64,000 bases of DNA from an uncultured Methanobrevibacter sp. (GTDB lineage: Archaea > Methanobacteriota > Methanobacteria > Methanobacteriales > Methanobacteriaceae), in contig CAYPCR010000002.1 of the NCBI GenBank assembly GCA_964409285.1, positions 32,149 to 96,148 on the forward strand, given 5' to 3'. Each line of letters begins with the position of its first letter. Position 1 is the first letter of the stretch. A model generated the notes under the pieces. The model ran no database searches, was not told the origin of the DNA, and saw nothing but the letters and a program-made list of their open reading frames with translations. Position numbers and translations under genes: made by a program. Positions 42,533-53,701 of the stretch are shown piece by piece.

Positions 42533-42934
42533 ATGAATGAAGTAATAAATTTTTTAGAAAACAACTCATTAGTGTATTTAGCAACAGAAGGTCTTGATGG
42601 AAATGCCAAAGTAAGACCGATTCTATATTACTTTGAAGAAAATGGAAAACCATTTTTCTGTACTGCTAACACCAAACCAATGTATAAAGAGATTGAAAAT
42701 AATCCAAACATTGAAATCTGTGTAGCTACTCCTGAATTTGAATGGTTAAGAATATCTGGAGAAGTAGAGATTGTTGATAATTTGGAACTTAAACAAAAAG
42801 TTTTAGATATTAATGAATTAGTTAAAAGTCTTTATCAAACTGCAGATAACCCTATTTTTGTACTTTTTACTGTTTCTGGAGAAGGTACAATAGCTGATTT
42901 TTCCAGAGAAATACCTAAAACATATAAAATTTAA
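42533..42934 (+). CDS. Pyridoxamine 5'-phosphate oxidase-like FMN-binding protein
   Basis: LATEGLDGNAKVRP, FCTANTKPMYKEIENNPNIEIC, WLRISG. Confidence 0.88.
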   Translation: MNEVINFLENNSLVYLATEGLDGNAKVRPILYYFEENGKPFFCTANTKPMYKEIENNPNIEICVATPEFEWLRISGEVEIVDNLELKQKVLDINELVKSLYQTADNPIFVLFTVSGEGTIADFSREIPKTYKI

Positions 42935-43166
42935 CCATTTTTTTATTTTTTTGAATAAATGTCATTAATTTTATTCATTATCTTTTAAAAATACACTCAA
43001 TTTTTAAATTTGAACATGGAAATATTGTCTATCTCTTCTAATAAGACCACTACTTTATTAAATCAATGAATTTCAAGAACATTTAAATGAATATTATCAA
43101 CTCACCACAACATTACTTTAAAAAAATAGTAATATTTTAAACCGATATCAAACATACAAATAAATC

Positions 43167-43811
43167 ATGAAAGAAGACAACCATCAAATGTTTATGGGTG
43201 CTTCAACTAAACAAGGTTATGATATAGCTACTAAAAGTAGACAAATAATCCGTGAATTAATTGGTGAAGAAATTAAAGATTTAAATCCAGCAGAAAAAGA
43301 TATTGTAGAGCGTATTGTCCATTCTACAGCTGATCCTGAATATGCAAAATTAGTTCAAATTAGCCCAAATTTTGTTGATGCAGCTATTAAATCTATGAAA
43401 AAAAATGAAACAATTTTAACTGACATTAATATGGTTAAATCAGGCATAACCCAATATGATGGAGAAGTTGAGTGCTATATTAAAAACGAAGAAGTAAAAA
43501 AAATAGCTAAGGAAAACCAAATCACAAGAGCAGCTGCTGCAGTTAAATATGCGAGTAATGAAGGTTTTGAAGGAATTATAGTTTCTGGTAATGCTCCAAC
43601 CGCTGTTTGGCAAGCTATAGATTTATTTGAAAAGGATGAATTGAATGTTAAAGCTATAGTCGGTGCCCCTGTAGGTTTTGTAGGAGCAGCTGATAGTAAA
43701 GAAGCTTTAAAAAATTCCAATATTCCGAATATTATTACACAAGGTCCTAAAGGAGGAACTCCAATAGCTGTAGCTTGTGTCAATTCATTAATTCAAACAA
43801 TGAGGTCATAA
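43167..43811 (+). CDS. cbiC: Cobalt-precorrin-8 methylmutase
   Basis: RIVHSTADP, TRAAAA, SGNAPTA, PVGFVGAADSKE, KGGTPIA. Confidence 0.95.
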   Translation: MKEDNHQMFMGASTKQGYDIATKSRQIIRELIGEEIKDLNPAEKDIVERIVHSTADPEYAKLVQISPNFVDAAIKSMKKNETILTDINMVKSGITQYDGEVECYIKNEEVKKIAKENQITRAAAAVKYASNEGFEGIIVSGNAPTAVWQAIDLFEKDELNVKAIVGAPVGFVGAADSKEALKNSNIPNIITQGPKGGTPIAVACVNSLIQTMRS

Positions 43812-43814
43812 AAT

Positions 43815-45080
43815 ATGAATTCTAAAGAACTATTTGAAGAATCTAAAAAATATATTCCTGGAGGAGTTAACTCTCCTTTGAGAGCTTTTAAACCTTATCC
43901 TTTCTTTGTTGAAAAAGGTAAAGGTTCTCATTTAATAGATGTTGAAGGCAATGATTATATTGATTATTGTTTAGCATATGGCCCTCTTATTTTAGGTCAT
44001 GCTAATGAGAAAGTAGTTAATGCACTTGAAAAAAGAACAGAATTAGGAACTACCTATGGTGCACCTACAGAAAATGAAATAATCTTAGCTAAAGAAGTTG
44101 TTGATAGAATTCCATCAGCTGAAATGGTTCGTTTTGTAAATAGTGGAACTGAAGCTACAATGAGTGCTATTAGAGTAGCTAGAGGTTATACTGGAAGGGA
44201 TAAAATTGTAAAATTTGACGGTGCCTACCATGGGGCTCATGATTATTGTTTAGTTAAAAGTGGATCTGGAGCCACCTGTCTTCCAGATTGTGAAGGAATA
44301 CCAGTAGAAACTACTAAAAATACATTAACAGTTCCATTTAATGATGAAGAAGCTATTAGTGATTTAATTGAAAAGGAAGGGGAAAATATTGCATGTATCA
44401 TCATGGAAGTTGTAATGGGAAATCTTGGATTTATTCCACCTAAAAAAGGTTATTTAGAATTTTTAAGAAAAATAACTGAAGAAAATGGAATTGTTTTAAT
44501 ATTTGATGAGGTTATTACTGGTTTTAGAATGAGTAAAGGAGGAGCCCAAGAGTATTATGGTGTAACTCCTGACATGACCACCTTGGGAAAAATTGTAGGG
44601 GGAGGTCTTCCAATGGGAGCTTTTTGTGGTAAAAAGGAAATAATGGAAAAAGTAGCTCCAATTGGACCAGTTTATCAGGCCGGAACTTTTAGTGGAAACC
44701 CAATTTCCTCTCAAGCTGGAATTACAACTTTACAACAGTTAGATGATGAATTTTACAAACAATTAGCTAAAAAGGGAGATTTCTTAAGAGATGGATTTAA
44801 AGACATTAAAGAGGATTTAGATTTACCAGTTTATGTTGCTGGAGACCAATCAATGTTTCAAATTTATTTCAATGAAAATGAAGTTTGTAATGCAGTAGAT
44901 GCTAAAAATAGTGATGCTGAGAGATTTTTACTTTACTTTAAAGAATTACTTTCAAGAGGTATTTTTATACCACCAAGCCAATTTGAATGTAACTTCCTAT
45001 CAAGTGCGCATAATGAAACAGATTTAGAAGCTAGTTTAATGTCTGCTGAAGAATCTTTAAAAATAGCTTATTCAAAATAA
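43815..45080 (+). CDS. hemL: Glutamate-1-semialdehyde 2,1-aminomutase
   Basis: [46 protein letters not shown]. Confidence 0.97.
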   Translation: MNSKELFEESKKYIPGGVNSPLRAFKPYPFFVEKGKGSHLIDVEGNDYIDYCLAYGPLILGHANEKVVNALEKRTELGTTYGAPTENEIILAKEVVDRIPSAEMVRFVNSGTEATMSAIRVARGYTGRDKIVKFDGAYHGAHDYCLVKSGSGATCLPDCEGIPVETTKNTLTVPFNDEEAISDLIEKEGENIACIIMEVVMGNLGFIPPKKGYLEFLRKITEENGIVLIFDEVITGFRMSKGGAQEYYGVTPDMTTLGKIVGGGLPMGAFCGKKEIMEKVAPIGPVYQAGTFSGNPISSQAGITTLQQLDDEFYKQLAKKGDFLRDGFKDIKEDLDLPVYVAGDQSMFQIYFNENEVCNAVDAKNSDAERFLLYFKELLSRGIFIPPSQFECNFLSSAHNETDLEASLMSAEESLKIAYSK

Positions 45081-45129
45081 AAATCTAAGAAAATATAAAT
45101 ATATCCTCATTAGAAAATATTCTTTTATA

Positions 45130-45163
45130 AAATTAAAGACATCGTAAAACATGTCTATAATTT
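45130..45163. promoter_or_regulatory. Inverted repeat (13-bp arms, 1 mismatch, 8-nt spacer) between hemL and signal peptidase
   Basis: AAATTAAAGACAT-CGTAAAAC-ATGTCTATAATTT. Confidence 0.4.
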
Positions 45164-45218
45164 TCTTTATTTTAAATTAATTATAAATACAATATAATTA
45201 ATAATTATTATATAATAG

Positions 45219-45656
45219 GTGTTTTTCATGACAAATAAAAAAGAAATTGCAACATATATTATAATTATTGTCATCGCCATAATAGCTGCTCAACATTTAA
45301 ATGTAGTAGTTTCTGGTAGTATGGAGCCTGTTTTTTCAAGAGGAGATATTGTTGCAGTTGAAAAAGCTAATTTATTAGGATTGGGAATTCAAGAATTTAA
45401 TCCGGAAGATGTTCAAGTGGGCGATATAGTTGTTTATGATGCTCATTGGGTTAATGAATCCGTAATTCATAGAGTTATTAATATTACGGAAATTAATGGG
45501 ACTACCTATTATATGATTAAAGGTGACCATAACAATGCCCCTGATCCTTATTATGTAAAAGCTGATCAAATTACTGATAGAGTAATAACTATCAATGACA
45601 ATCCTGTTGTAATTCCATATATTGGAAATATAAATCTTTGGTTAAAAGGACTTTAA
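45219..45656 (+). CDS. Signal peptidase I (Sec11/S26B type)
   Basis: VVSGSMEP..RGD, VIHRV, KGDHN. Confidence 0.93.
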   Translation: MFFMTNKKEIATYIIIIVIAIIAAQHLNVVVSGSMEPVFSRGDIVAVEKANLLGLGIQEFNPEDVQVGDIVVYDAHWVNESVIHRVINITEINGTTYYMIKGDHNNAPDPYYVKADQITDRVITINDNPVVIPYIGNINLWLKGL

Positions 45657-45686
45657 ATCCTTTTATTAATTTTTTTAGGTGAATAA

Positions 45687-47387
45687 ATGTATTTTGAAAT
45701 AGAACAACAAGCAATTGAAGCTATTAATGATGGAATTGAAAATTTTGATTGTGAAGTTGATGAAGAATTTCGTTTAGAATTTCCTCCAAACCCTGAGTTA
45801 GGAGATTTAGCTAGTACAATTTCATTCGTATTAGCTAAAAAATTAAGAAAATCCCCACATTTAATAGCTGAAGAATTAGCTTCTTATATTGAAGCTCCAG
45901 AAATATTTGAAAAAGTAGAAGCTGCTGGACCCTATGTGAATTTTTATATTGATTATTCTAAATTTGCAAAACAACAATTAGATAAAATCGATGAGAATTA
46001 TGGCCATCTTCCAAAAGTCGATGAAAAAATTGTTTTAGAACATACTTCAGCTAATCCTAATGGTCCTCTACATATTGGACATGTTCGTAATTCCATTTTT
46101 GGAGATTCTCTTAATCGTCTTTTAACATTAGCTGGTAGGGATGTTGAAACACAATATTATGTTAATGATATGGGAAGACAAATAGCTATTATTGTTTTAG
46201 GTATTACCGAACTAGGTTTGAAAATAGAAGATCAGGAAGGAGAAAAAATAGACCATAAAATTGGTAAGCTATACTTCAAAGCAAACGAAGCTTTAAAGGA
46301 AGATGAAAATTTAAATTCAAAGGTAGATGCATTAATTAAAGAATATGAAAATGGTGACAATCCTGAATTAAATAGAATCTTTGAAGAAGTAGTTGAAAGT
46401 TGTCTAACTGGAATCAAGCAAACACTTCAAAGAATCAATATAAATCATGATAGCTTCCAGTGGGAAGGACAATTCATTAGAAATGGTGAAGTTAAAGACC
46501 TTGTAGATTACATTGAAAATGAAGGATTTGTAACCCATGGTGATGTAGACTACATTGATTTAAGTCATTTTAACATAGACAAAGAATTTATCTTAAAAAG
46601 AGCTGATGGTTCTTCACTTTACTCAACAAGAGATTTAGCATATCATAGATATAAAAATAAACTTGGAGATACTGTATTAGATATTCTAGGTTCTGATCAT
46701 AAATTAGCAGCTAAACAGATTAAAGTAATTTTTGAAGAAATTTTAAGAGAGGATTATCCAGAAGTTATATTTTATGAGTTCATTACCCTTCCAGAAGGTT
46801 CAATGTCTACAAGAAAAGGAGTATTTATTTCAGTTGATGAACTAATAGATGAAGCAGTTAGAAGAGCATCTGAAGAAATTCAAAAAAGAAATCCTGATTT
46901 AAGTCCTGAAGAAGTTTTACCAATAGCTGAACAAATTGGAATTGGAGCTATTCGATTTTTTATAGCTAAACTTTCACCAGAAAAACATATAACCTTTAAA
47001 TGGGATGAAGCATTAAGTTTTGAAAGAGGTTGTGCCTCTATTCAATACGCTCATGCAAGAGCTTGTAAGCTTCTTAAAAAATCAGATAAAGACATTGAAA
47101 ATCTAGAAGTATCAGATGATTGGATTGCCAATGAAAATGAAAAAGATTTAATAAGAATTTTAGCTAAATTTCCACAAGTAGTTGAGGAATCAGCTAATAA
47201 GAAAAGAATTCATAATATAACCCAATACTGTCAAGATTTAGCAAATAGCTTTAATAAATTTTATAAATCTGAACAGGTTATTGGTTCTAGTATGGAAGAT
47301 TCAAGACTAGTTCTTGTTGATAAATCAAGAATTACACTTAAAAATGCATTAAATATTTTAGGAGTAGATGCACCTGAAAAGATGTAA
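45687..47387 (+). CDS. argS: Arginine--tRNA ligase
   Basis: EHTSANPNGPLHIGHVRN, YVNDMG, MSTRKG, QYAHAR, C-terminal PEKM. Confidence 0.97.
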   Translation: MYFEIEQQAIEAINDGIENFDCEVDEEFRLEFPPNPELGDLASTISFVLAKKLRKSPHLIAEELASYIEAPEIFEKVEAAGPYVNFYIDYSKFAKQQLDKIDENYGHLPKVDEKIVLEHTSANPNGPLHIGHVRNSIFGDSLNRLLTLAGRDVETQYYVNDMGRQIAIIVLGITELGLKIEDQEGEKIDHKIGKLYFKANEALKEDENLNSKVDALIKEYENGDNPELNRIFEEVVESCLTGIKQTLQRININHDSFQWEGQFIRNGEVKDLVDYIENEGFVTHGDVDYIDLSHFNIDKEFILKRADGSSLYSTRDLAYHRYKNKLGDTVLDILGSDHKLAAKQIKVIFEEILREDYPEVIFYEFITLPEGSMSTRKGVFISVDELIDEAVRRASEEIQKRNPDLSPEEVLPIAEQIGIGAIRFFIAKLSPEKHITFKWDEALSFERGCASIQYAHARACKLLKKSDKDIENLEVSDDWIANENEKDLIRILAKFPQVVEESANKKRIHNITQYCQDLANSFNKFYKSEQVIGSSMEDSRLVLVDKSRITLKNALNILGVDAPEKM

Positions 47388-47494
47388 TCTACATTATTTT
47401 TTTATTTTCAAATAATCTTCTCAGAGATTAAATAACATTAATTAATTCATACCGTTTATCTATCCCTTTATGTAACTAAGAAATAAGCACATAA

Positions 47495-48866
47495 TTATGA
47501 AACTACATCAAATTCTTCTTTTAATTTTTTAATATAAAACTCAACATAAATAACCCCTATTGCAGAACCAATTACAGTTCCAACAATCAACCCTATATAA
47601 ACACCTAAAAGTCCAAAATCAAGTGTGACTGCAAAAATATATGCACAAATTACCGCACATATTAATTCTCTCAACATTGTAAGAATAAAACTGGTAATCC
47701 CTTTTCCCAGCCCTTGAAAAACATAACCTGCAGTTGCACCAAATGCAACTGGCAAAACATAAATCCACATTAATCTTAAAAAATCAGCTATCATACCTGC
47801 TAAATCAGCACTATTTGCAGAGTAGGAAAATAAATAAGCAATTTGATCAGCAAATACAATAAAAATAATAGCTATTATTACAGAAAATATAAAACCAAGT
47901 TTGATTGAATATCTAGTAGCTATTTGAATATTTTTAATGTTTCGAGCACCATATGCTACACCTGCAACTGTAATAGAGGCAGTTGCAACAGCTATAGTTG
48001 GCATTATTGCAATAGCTAATAATCTCCATCCTGCTGTAAAAACTGCAACAGCGGTAGTTCCAGCTACAACTTGAATTAAGAAATTTATAATAATTGATAC
48101 TGCTGACATTAAAATTTCTTCCAAACTTGCTGGAATTCCAACATTTAAAATATCTTTATACATTGAAAAATTTAATTTGAAATTTTTTAAATCATATGAA
48201 AAAAAAGAGTCTTTTTTAACAAACATCCAGTAAAGCATTAAAATTAAAGCTATTAAAGAAGCTAGGACTGTTGCAATAGCTGCTCCTTTAATTCCAAAAT
48301 TTAGAATATAAATAAAAATAGGATCTAAAATAATATTAATTATCGCTGTAACAGCAATTGGAACTGTTGCTTTTTTAATATCCCCTTCAGCTCTAAATAT
48401 TCCTCCATAAATTCCTGGAAGTAATATTGCAAAGGAACCTAAAAATAAAATATAACCATAATCCATTCCATAGCTAATAACTTCACCGGCTCCCATAATG
48501 TAAAGTAAATCCTTTAAAAAGAATGTGAAAAAGAAAGTTATTATCACACAAACTACAATACTTAGAAAAATTGAGTGAATAGCTGCATTATCCAAATCTT
48601 TAGTTTTTTTTAGCTCCAATTAAACGAGATAAAAGAGAATTAACACCACCTCCAATACCATTACCAATTCCTATTAAAACCAGATAAAGAGGAGTAATAA
48701 AACCTAACGCTGCAAGAGGTTCCGCTCCAAGGCCTGCTACCCAAATACTATCAACTAAATTGTTAAACATTTGTAATAACATTGAAATAACCAATGGATA
48801 AGCTAATTTTTGAATAGCTTTTTTAGGATCGCCTGTTATAAATTTAATGTTTTCATTTTCTTGCAA
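47495..48866 (-). pseudogene. MATE-family efflux transporter split by +1 frameshift in an A8 run
   Basis: ORF 48600-48866 (GDPKKAI...DSIWVAGLG...SRLIGAKKN*) and ORF 47495-48619 join into one MATE if one A is removed (T run at 48604-48611 on +). Confidence 0.9.
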
Positions 48867-48965
48867 TCTTTAACCTCAAAATTGTAGTTATTTTAAAATT
48901 TCATGTTCAATATTCAATAAATGTTTAATATAAAAAATAAAGAAATAAAAAAGACAATATTGAAT

Positions 48966-50153
48966 TTAAATAAACTTAATTAAATTTTCAACATCATCGT
49001 AAACTACATCAAGTCCACACATTGAAGGAACATAGTTGGCAGCTTTGGCTGAATTAACGCCAATTACTTCAAAACCCATATCTTCAATAGGAGCTACCAC
49101 CATACAAGTATCACAAACAATATTTCCCCCTGCCTTTTCAATAACAGAAGTATAACCCATTCTATCAGCAGAGGCTTTAACAGCTATTGATGTACAAATC
49201 CATAATTTATTTTTAATTGTTTTACCTTTAACAATATTAGCTACTTTTTTAATTTCTTCTAATGAAGCATGAGGACAACCTAAACAAACTAAATCTGCTT
49301 CTTTATCTGTTGTATTTAATTTCTCACGAGTTTGTAAAATATCTTGCCTACTAATAGCTAAATTACTTTCTACTTCATTTTTATTAGCCATACTAAACTC
49401 AGGAGTTACATCTTCAATATGATAAAGTGCAACAGAACCAGATGATGCCAGGGCGGCTCCTAAAGTTTTTAAATCATTATTATCAGGTTTATTTTCTAAA
49501 ATGAAATATGGAACATCTCCTCCAACTTCCTGACCAATAATATAACCTAAAGCACCAAAATCAGCTCCTGATAATTTAGTATCAACATTAATTATCCAAT
49601 CAGCTTTTCTAGCATCGTCTAAATGAAACCCATAAAGAGGAGTTTTTCCTACAATAGCTGCAGCTAATGCACCGGGACCACCTTCACGATTAGTTCTAGC
49701 TCCAATAACTGAGTTTACATAAGCAACAGCTGATGATTCAGACCAAGATATGTGATCTTTGAATCTTGGAACATTTCCTACCAAATAAGGTGTGCAAGTA
49801 CATGTTTTAACTATTCCAAGTTCACCATAAGCTTCTACAATCCTATTTTGTTTGATTGAAAAATCTTCTGGAAAACCTAATTCCTTCCAATTATCCAAAT
49901 CAGTTCCAGGAGGATTTAAAGTGGAATTAATTTTAGCTTCAGCTTTTTTATCATTTGCCAAATCTTCCAGATATTCAAGACCAGCATCTCCAATAGTTTT
50001 ATAAGAAACACCAGATACCTGGGCAGAAGTAATATCTACAAGCTTAGGTGCATTGTATATATCACCTAATGCTACCAGAATATCCATACTTTTACGGATT
50101 GTTTCTCCCAATTCTCCCTCGCACATTTTTTCTTCGCTTTTAGTTAAATACAC
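48966..50153 (-). CDS. Aconitase X catalytic subunit (phosphomevalonate dehydratase large subunit, archaeal mevalonate pathway)
   Basis: [37 protein letters not shown]. Confidence 0.9.
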   Translation of the reverse strand: MYLTKSEEKMCEGELGETIRKSMDILVALGDIYNAPKLVDITSAQVSGVSYKTIGDAGLEYLEDLANDKKAEAKINSTLNPPGTDLDNWKELGFPEDFSIKQNRIVEAYGELGIVKTCTCTPYLVGNVPRFKDHISWSESSAVAYVNSVIGARTNREGGPGALAAAIVGKTPLYGFHLDDARKADWIINVDTKLSGADFGALGYIIGQEVGGDVPYFILENKPDNNDLKTLGAALASSGSVALYHIEDVTPEFSMANKNEVESNLAISRQDILQTREKLNTTDKEADLVCLGCPHASLEEIKKVANIVKGKTIKNKLWICTSIAVKASADRMGYTSVIEKAGGNIVCDTCMVVAPIEDMGFEVIGVNSAKAANYVPSMCGLDVVYDDVENLIKFI

Positions 50154-50181
50154 AACAAATCACCTTAAATGAATATTTATT

Positions 50182-51516
50182 TTATTCACCGTTTAACTGA
50201 TATTCAACCATTTCATCTACTAAATGTAAAAATAAATCCTTAGATTCAGCAGAAATCATTGCACCTGCAGCTATATCATGACCTCCACCTTGACCACCAA
50301 AATTATTAGAGCTGTCATGAAGAACTTTCCCCAAATCTACTCCTTCATCTACTAACTCCCTAGTAGTTCTTCCAGAAATTTTAATATCCTTATGAAGTCT
50401 AGATAGACCTAAAACAGGTTTGGAAGAATCAATAATGTTACAAGATAAAGCAATACTAGCTATTGTTCCCATTACAGATTTGAATACTTTATCTTCACTA
50501 TATAAATATTGAATAGCGTTAAGTTCTGTAGCTCCAGTATTTTTAATCCATTCTAGACCCTTAACAATATTATCCCTATAAGTTCTTTGAAGATTTTGAG
50601 CTGCTTCTAAAGCCTTATCTCTCTCTCCAATAGCTATACTTAATCCTAAGCCAGATTTCTTATTCTTTCCAGTTGCATCTAAAATATAGGCATATTCTTC
50701 CAAATCCCTTAAAAGAGGGTTTTCTTTAGGAATGGAATAGATATTTCCAAAAATTTTAGGATTAATAGCCATTAATCTCTCCATTAATGCATCTTTCTCT
50801 TCAGGAGCCAAATCTGTAAACTTAATACCATAGGAAATTCCAGTTTTTTCTAAAAATGCCATAGATCCTTCCAAATCACCAGTAATGCCCGGCAATGCAG
50901 GAGTAAATGTATATGCTAAAGATTTAAAAAGAGGTTCAGATGATTTAGAAACAATTTTAAGACCCTCTGTAATTTCAAGATTTCCAGAATCTAATCCATC
51001 TTGAACAATCATCTCATTAACACCAGTGAAACCATCTTGTCCTTGCATATCCCCAAAAGCACCTGTAAGTGCAAAATAAGACAAATGTTTTTTATCAAGT
51101 CCCCTAACCATTAAATAGCTAGAGCCTGCTCCACTTAAATCCTTACTTCCATCAATTCCAAATAAATGAGGATTAATATGTACCAAATTACTTTCGGCTT
51201 CCACATCGCTAACTTGGTGATGATCAGCTATTATAACATCACTTTTAAATGAATTAAGTTCACTAACATAAGCGCTTCCCATGTCAGAAAAAATAAATAA
51301 AGGATATTGTTCGTGTCTTAACTTATTTACAACTTCATCAGTAAGACGAGGAACAATAGTTGTGTGATAGCGGATTTTTTCTTCTTTTAAAGCATTAGCT
51401 ATCACAGCTGCTGCTGAAATTCCATCAGCGTCATTATGAGAGATGATACGAATCGTATCATCTTTATCAATATGCTCCTTGAGCATATTGGTAGCTTCAT
51501 TAGCTCTATTTAACAA
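50182..51516 (-). CDS. DHH-family RecJ-like exonuclease (probable TTG start 51516 overlapping rps15 stop)
   Basis: SHNDADG, FSDMGS, ADHH, C-terminal GGGHDIAAG (DHHA1). Confidence 0.9.
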   Translation of the reverse strand: MLNRANEATNMLKEHIDKDDTIRIISHNDADGISAAAVIANALKEEKIRYHTTIVPRLTDEVVNKLRHEQYPLFIFSDMGSAYVSELNSFKSDVIIADHHQVSDVEAESNLVHINPHLFGIDGSKDLSGAGSSYLMVRGLDKKHLSYFALTGAFGDMQGQDGFTGVNEMIVQDGLDSGNLEITEGLKIVSKSSEPLFKSLAYTFTPALPGITGDLEGSMAFLEKTGISYGIKFTDLAPEEKDALMERLMAINPKIFGNIYSIPKENPLLRDLEEYAYILDATGKNKKSGLGLSIAIGERDKALEAAQNLQRTYRDNIVKGLEWIKNTGATELNAIQYLYSEDKVFKSVMGTIASIALSCNIIDSSKPVLGLSRLHKDIKISGRTTRELVDEGVDLGKVLHDSSNNFGGQGGGHDIAAGAMISAESKDLFLHLVDEMVEYQLNGE

Positions 51517-51904
51517 GGAGTGCTGCTTCTTGTGGATCGTATCTCCAACCTTCAGGTAATACTCCATCATTTACGTAATATGAACCTAATTTTCTGATTC
51601 TAGATTCAATAATGGTTAAACCTCTTTTTGAGTGTAAATCTTTTGGATTTTCTTCTAAATGATCTCTAATATTAACAGCTCTTTTAATTAAATTCATTAA
51701 ATCTTCTGGATATTCTTTAGCTTGACCATTTCTTTTTAATATTTGATTAATCCTTTCACCAGTTACATCTTTAACACTAGGAATACCATAGGTATCTCTT
51801 AAAATGATACCAATTTCACTGGTTGATTTACCTTCTCTTGTAAATTTTAAAATCATTTCTTCAATTTCTTCATTACTATAATTTACCCAATCTGGTTTTG
51901 CCAT
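51506..51904 (-). CDS. rps15: 30S ribosomal protein S15 (uS15, archaeal)
   Basis: [36 protein letters not shown]. Confidence 0.97.
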   Translation of the reverse strand: MAKPDWVNYSNEEIEEMILKFTREGKSTSEIGIILRDTYGIPSVKDVTGERINQILKRNGQAKEYPEDLMNLIKRAVNIRDHLEENPKDLHSKRGLTIIESRIRKLGSYYVNDGVLPEGWRYDPQEAALLVK

Positions 51905-51953
51905 AAATATTACCTCAAATATAAATATATTATTTAATTCTTTAGTAAAATAG

Positions 51954-52535
51954 CTAATCTTGACTAGAATACCATTTAATAAATTTCTCTAAAGAATTTT
52001 TTCTATGTGAAAACTGATTTTTTTGCTCTGTTGTTAATTCACCAAATGTTTTATCTTCATCTGGCACATAAAATATTGGATCAAAGGCAAATCCTAAATT
52101 ACCTTTTTCACTATGAGCTATTTCTCCACTGACTTTGCCTAAAAAGACCTTGGGCTCAGAATTGGGGGTGCAGTACCCAATAACTGACCTGAATTCGGCA
52201 TATCTATCGTCAGTATCTTTTAAAAGCTTTAAAATTCCTTCATTTCCTAATGTATCTTGAACATAAGAGGAATAAGTTCCAGGAAATCCTTTAAGAGCTT
52301 TTATAAATAAACCAGCATCTTCAACAATCACAGGCTTATTTAGTTTACGACTAGCATATTTTGCACCTGATTTAGCTACTTCTTCAAGAGTTCCTTGAGG
52401 TTCACAGTAACCTAAATCAATATGCTCTAAATCAATGTCATAATCTTTAAAAATATTCTCTGCTTCTTCTACTTTATGTTTGTTTCCAGTAATAAATGTT
52501 ATTGTTTTCATAGTAATTACCAATTTAAAAACCAA
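51954..52535 (-). CDS. rdgB: XTP/dITP diphosphatase (Ham1/RdgB)
   Basis: [29 protein letters not shown]. Confidence 0.95.
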   Translation of the reverse strand: MVFKLVITMKTITFITGNKHKVEEAENIFKDYDIDLEHIDLGYCEPQGTLEEVAKSGAKYASRKLNKPVIVEDAGLFIKALKGFPGTYSSYVQDTLGNEGILKLLKDTDDRYAEFRSVIGYCTPNSEPKVFLGKVSGEIAHSEKGNLGFAFDPIFYVPDEDKTFGELTTEQKNQFSHRKNSLEKFIKWYSSQD

Positions 52536-52804
52536 TATTCAATATGATTGTTTTAAGCCTATTCAATGAAAACCTTTCTATCATCTATTTTATTTATAAT
52601 TGCCCATTTTTAAAGATAATTTTCAAATGAAGTAAAAATTGTTCTTGAAATATAAAAATTATTCGGGTTTAAAAAATTGATTTAAAAGTATAAAATTATA
52701 ATATAATGATTAAAATAGCTTTAAATTTAAAAATAAAAAAATTTAAATAATTATAAATTAAATTAAGTGTAATTAAAATAAAAATTCAGAATTAGGGGGG
52801 AACA

Positions 52805-53689
52805 ATGTCAGAAAAAACATCAAGAAAGATTGATAAATATTTGGATAAACTTTTCAAAGGTCTTGATTTGAAATATATAAACTCAATATTTAAAATGGGA
52901 GATATTGATGAAAAATTAATAAAAGAATTACCTACGGAGTACACCTCCATAGCAGAAGGTGAGCGAAGAGCAGATTTAGTAGCTGAAAGTACACATGGAT
53001 ATGTAGTTAATGCTGAATATGAAAGTGGTGAACTTAATAAAAATAAATTTTTTAAAAGTTGGGATTATTGCAGTAGAATACACAAATATCTGAAGAAAAA
53101 TGGAAAAACAGGAAAAAACGCTAAAGTGAAAAATTACATGATTTGTACGAGTGGAATTGATAAACCTTACTATGATTACCATCCCACCTGCGGAGGCCGT
53201 CATAGAATCTATACAATATCTTTGAAGAATATAGATGGAGATAAAAAATTAAATATAGTTGAAAATAAAATTAAAAATAGAGAAAAGTTTGATGTAAATG
53301 ACATGACATTCTTAATGGTTGCAGTACTTACAGATTCCAGCTATAAACCACACGAAATACTAATGAAAGTAGTTAAACTAACTAATAAAATAATAAAAAT
53401 ACAAAAAGAAGAAGAGATTACTTTAATAGATGAAAACACAATAAAAGAAATCAAATATTACCAATCAAACAATTGCGAAAACCTAATCGAAGAAAAATAC
53501 CAAGACAAAATATTGGAGGAAATAAAAATGAAAAACGACTTCTACAGAAACGCAATGAAAGAAGGAATGAAAAAAGGAAAAGTAGAAGGGAAAAAAGAAG
53601 TAGCTAAAATGATGAAAGAAGATGGAAACAAACAAGAGTACATCCAAAAAATAACAGGCCTTACACTAAACGAAATAAAATCCCTCTAA
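52805..53689 (+). CDS. Rpn/YhgA-like PD-(D/E)xK nuclease ('transposase_31'-like) protein
   Basis: ERRADLV...VVNAEYES catalytic-type motif; C-terminal EGMKKGKVEGKKEVAKMM...IQKITGLTLNEI tail typical of the family; lies between and opposite to rdgB and kae1-bud32. Confidence 0.75.
   Translation: MSEKTSRKIDKYLDKLFKGLDLKYINSIFKMGDIDEKLIKELPTEYTSIAEGERRADLVAESTHGYVVNAEYESGELNKNKFFKSWDYCSRIHKYLKKNGKTGKNAKVKNYMICTSGIDKPYYDYHPTCGGRHRIYTISLKNIDGDKKLNIVENKIKNREKFDVNDMTFLMVAVLTDSSYKPHEILMKVVKLTNKIIKIQKEEEITLIDENTIKEIKYYQSNNCENLIEEKYQDKILEEIKMKNDFYRNAMKEGMKKGKVEGKKEVAKMMKEDGNKQEYIQKITGLTLNEIKSL
53528..53689 (+). CDS. Putative intragenic 53-aa small protein (RpnS-like), in frame with the Rpn-like gene
   Basis: GGAGG at 53515-53519, 8-nt spacer, ATG 53528 = codon 242 of the long ORF. 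Confidence 0.5.
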   Translation: MKNDFYRNAMKEGMKKGKVEGKKEVAKMMKEDGNKQEYIQKITGLTLNEIKSL

Positions 53690-53701
53690 ATAGCTAAATA
53701 A

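Noticed and set aside
42935-43166. Cobalamin riboswitch or hidden gene upstream of cbiC-hemL
   Set aside because: No B12-box or GC-rich stems, and no ORF with homology-like signal on either strand.
48600-48615. Programmed -1 frameshift at A_AAA_AAC in the MATE gene
   Set aside because: Restoring the frame needs +1 (or -2), not -1.
51517-51570. 65-nt overlap between rps15 and the DHH gene implied by the ORF track
   Set aside because: TTG at 51516 gives a more plausible N-terminus with an 11-nt overlap.
51948-53697. AAATAGCTAA direct repeat flanking rdgB + Rpn-like gene as a target-site duplication
   Set aside because: It would enclose the core gene rdgB, and ATAGCT is frequent in this window (ATA-GCT codons, TAG stops).
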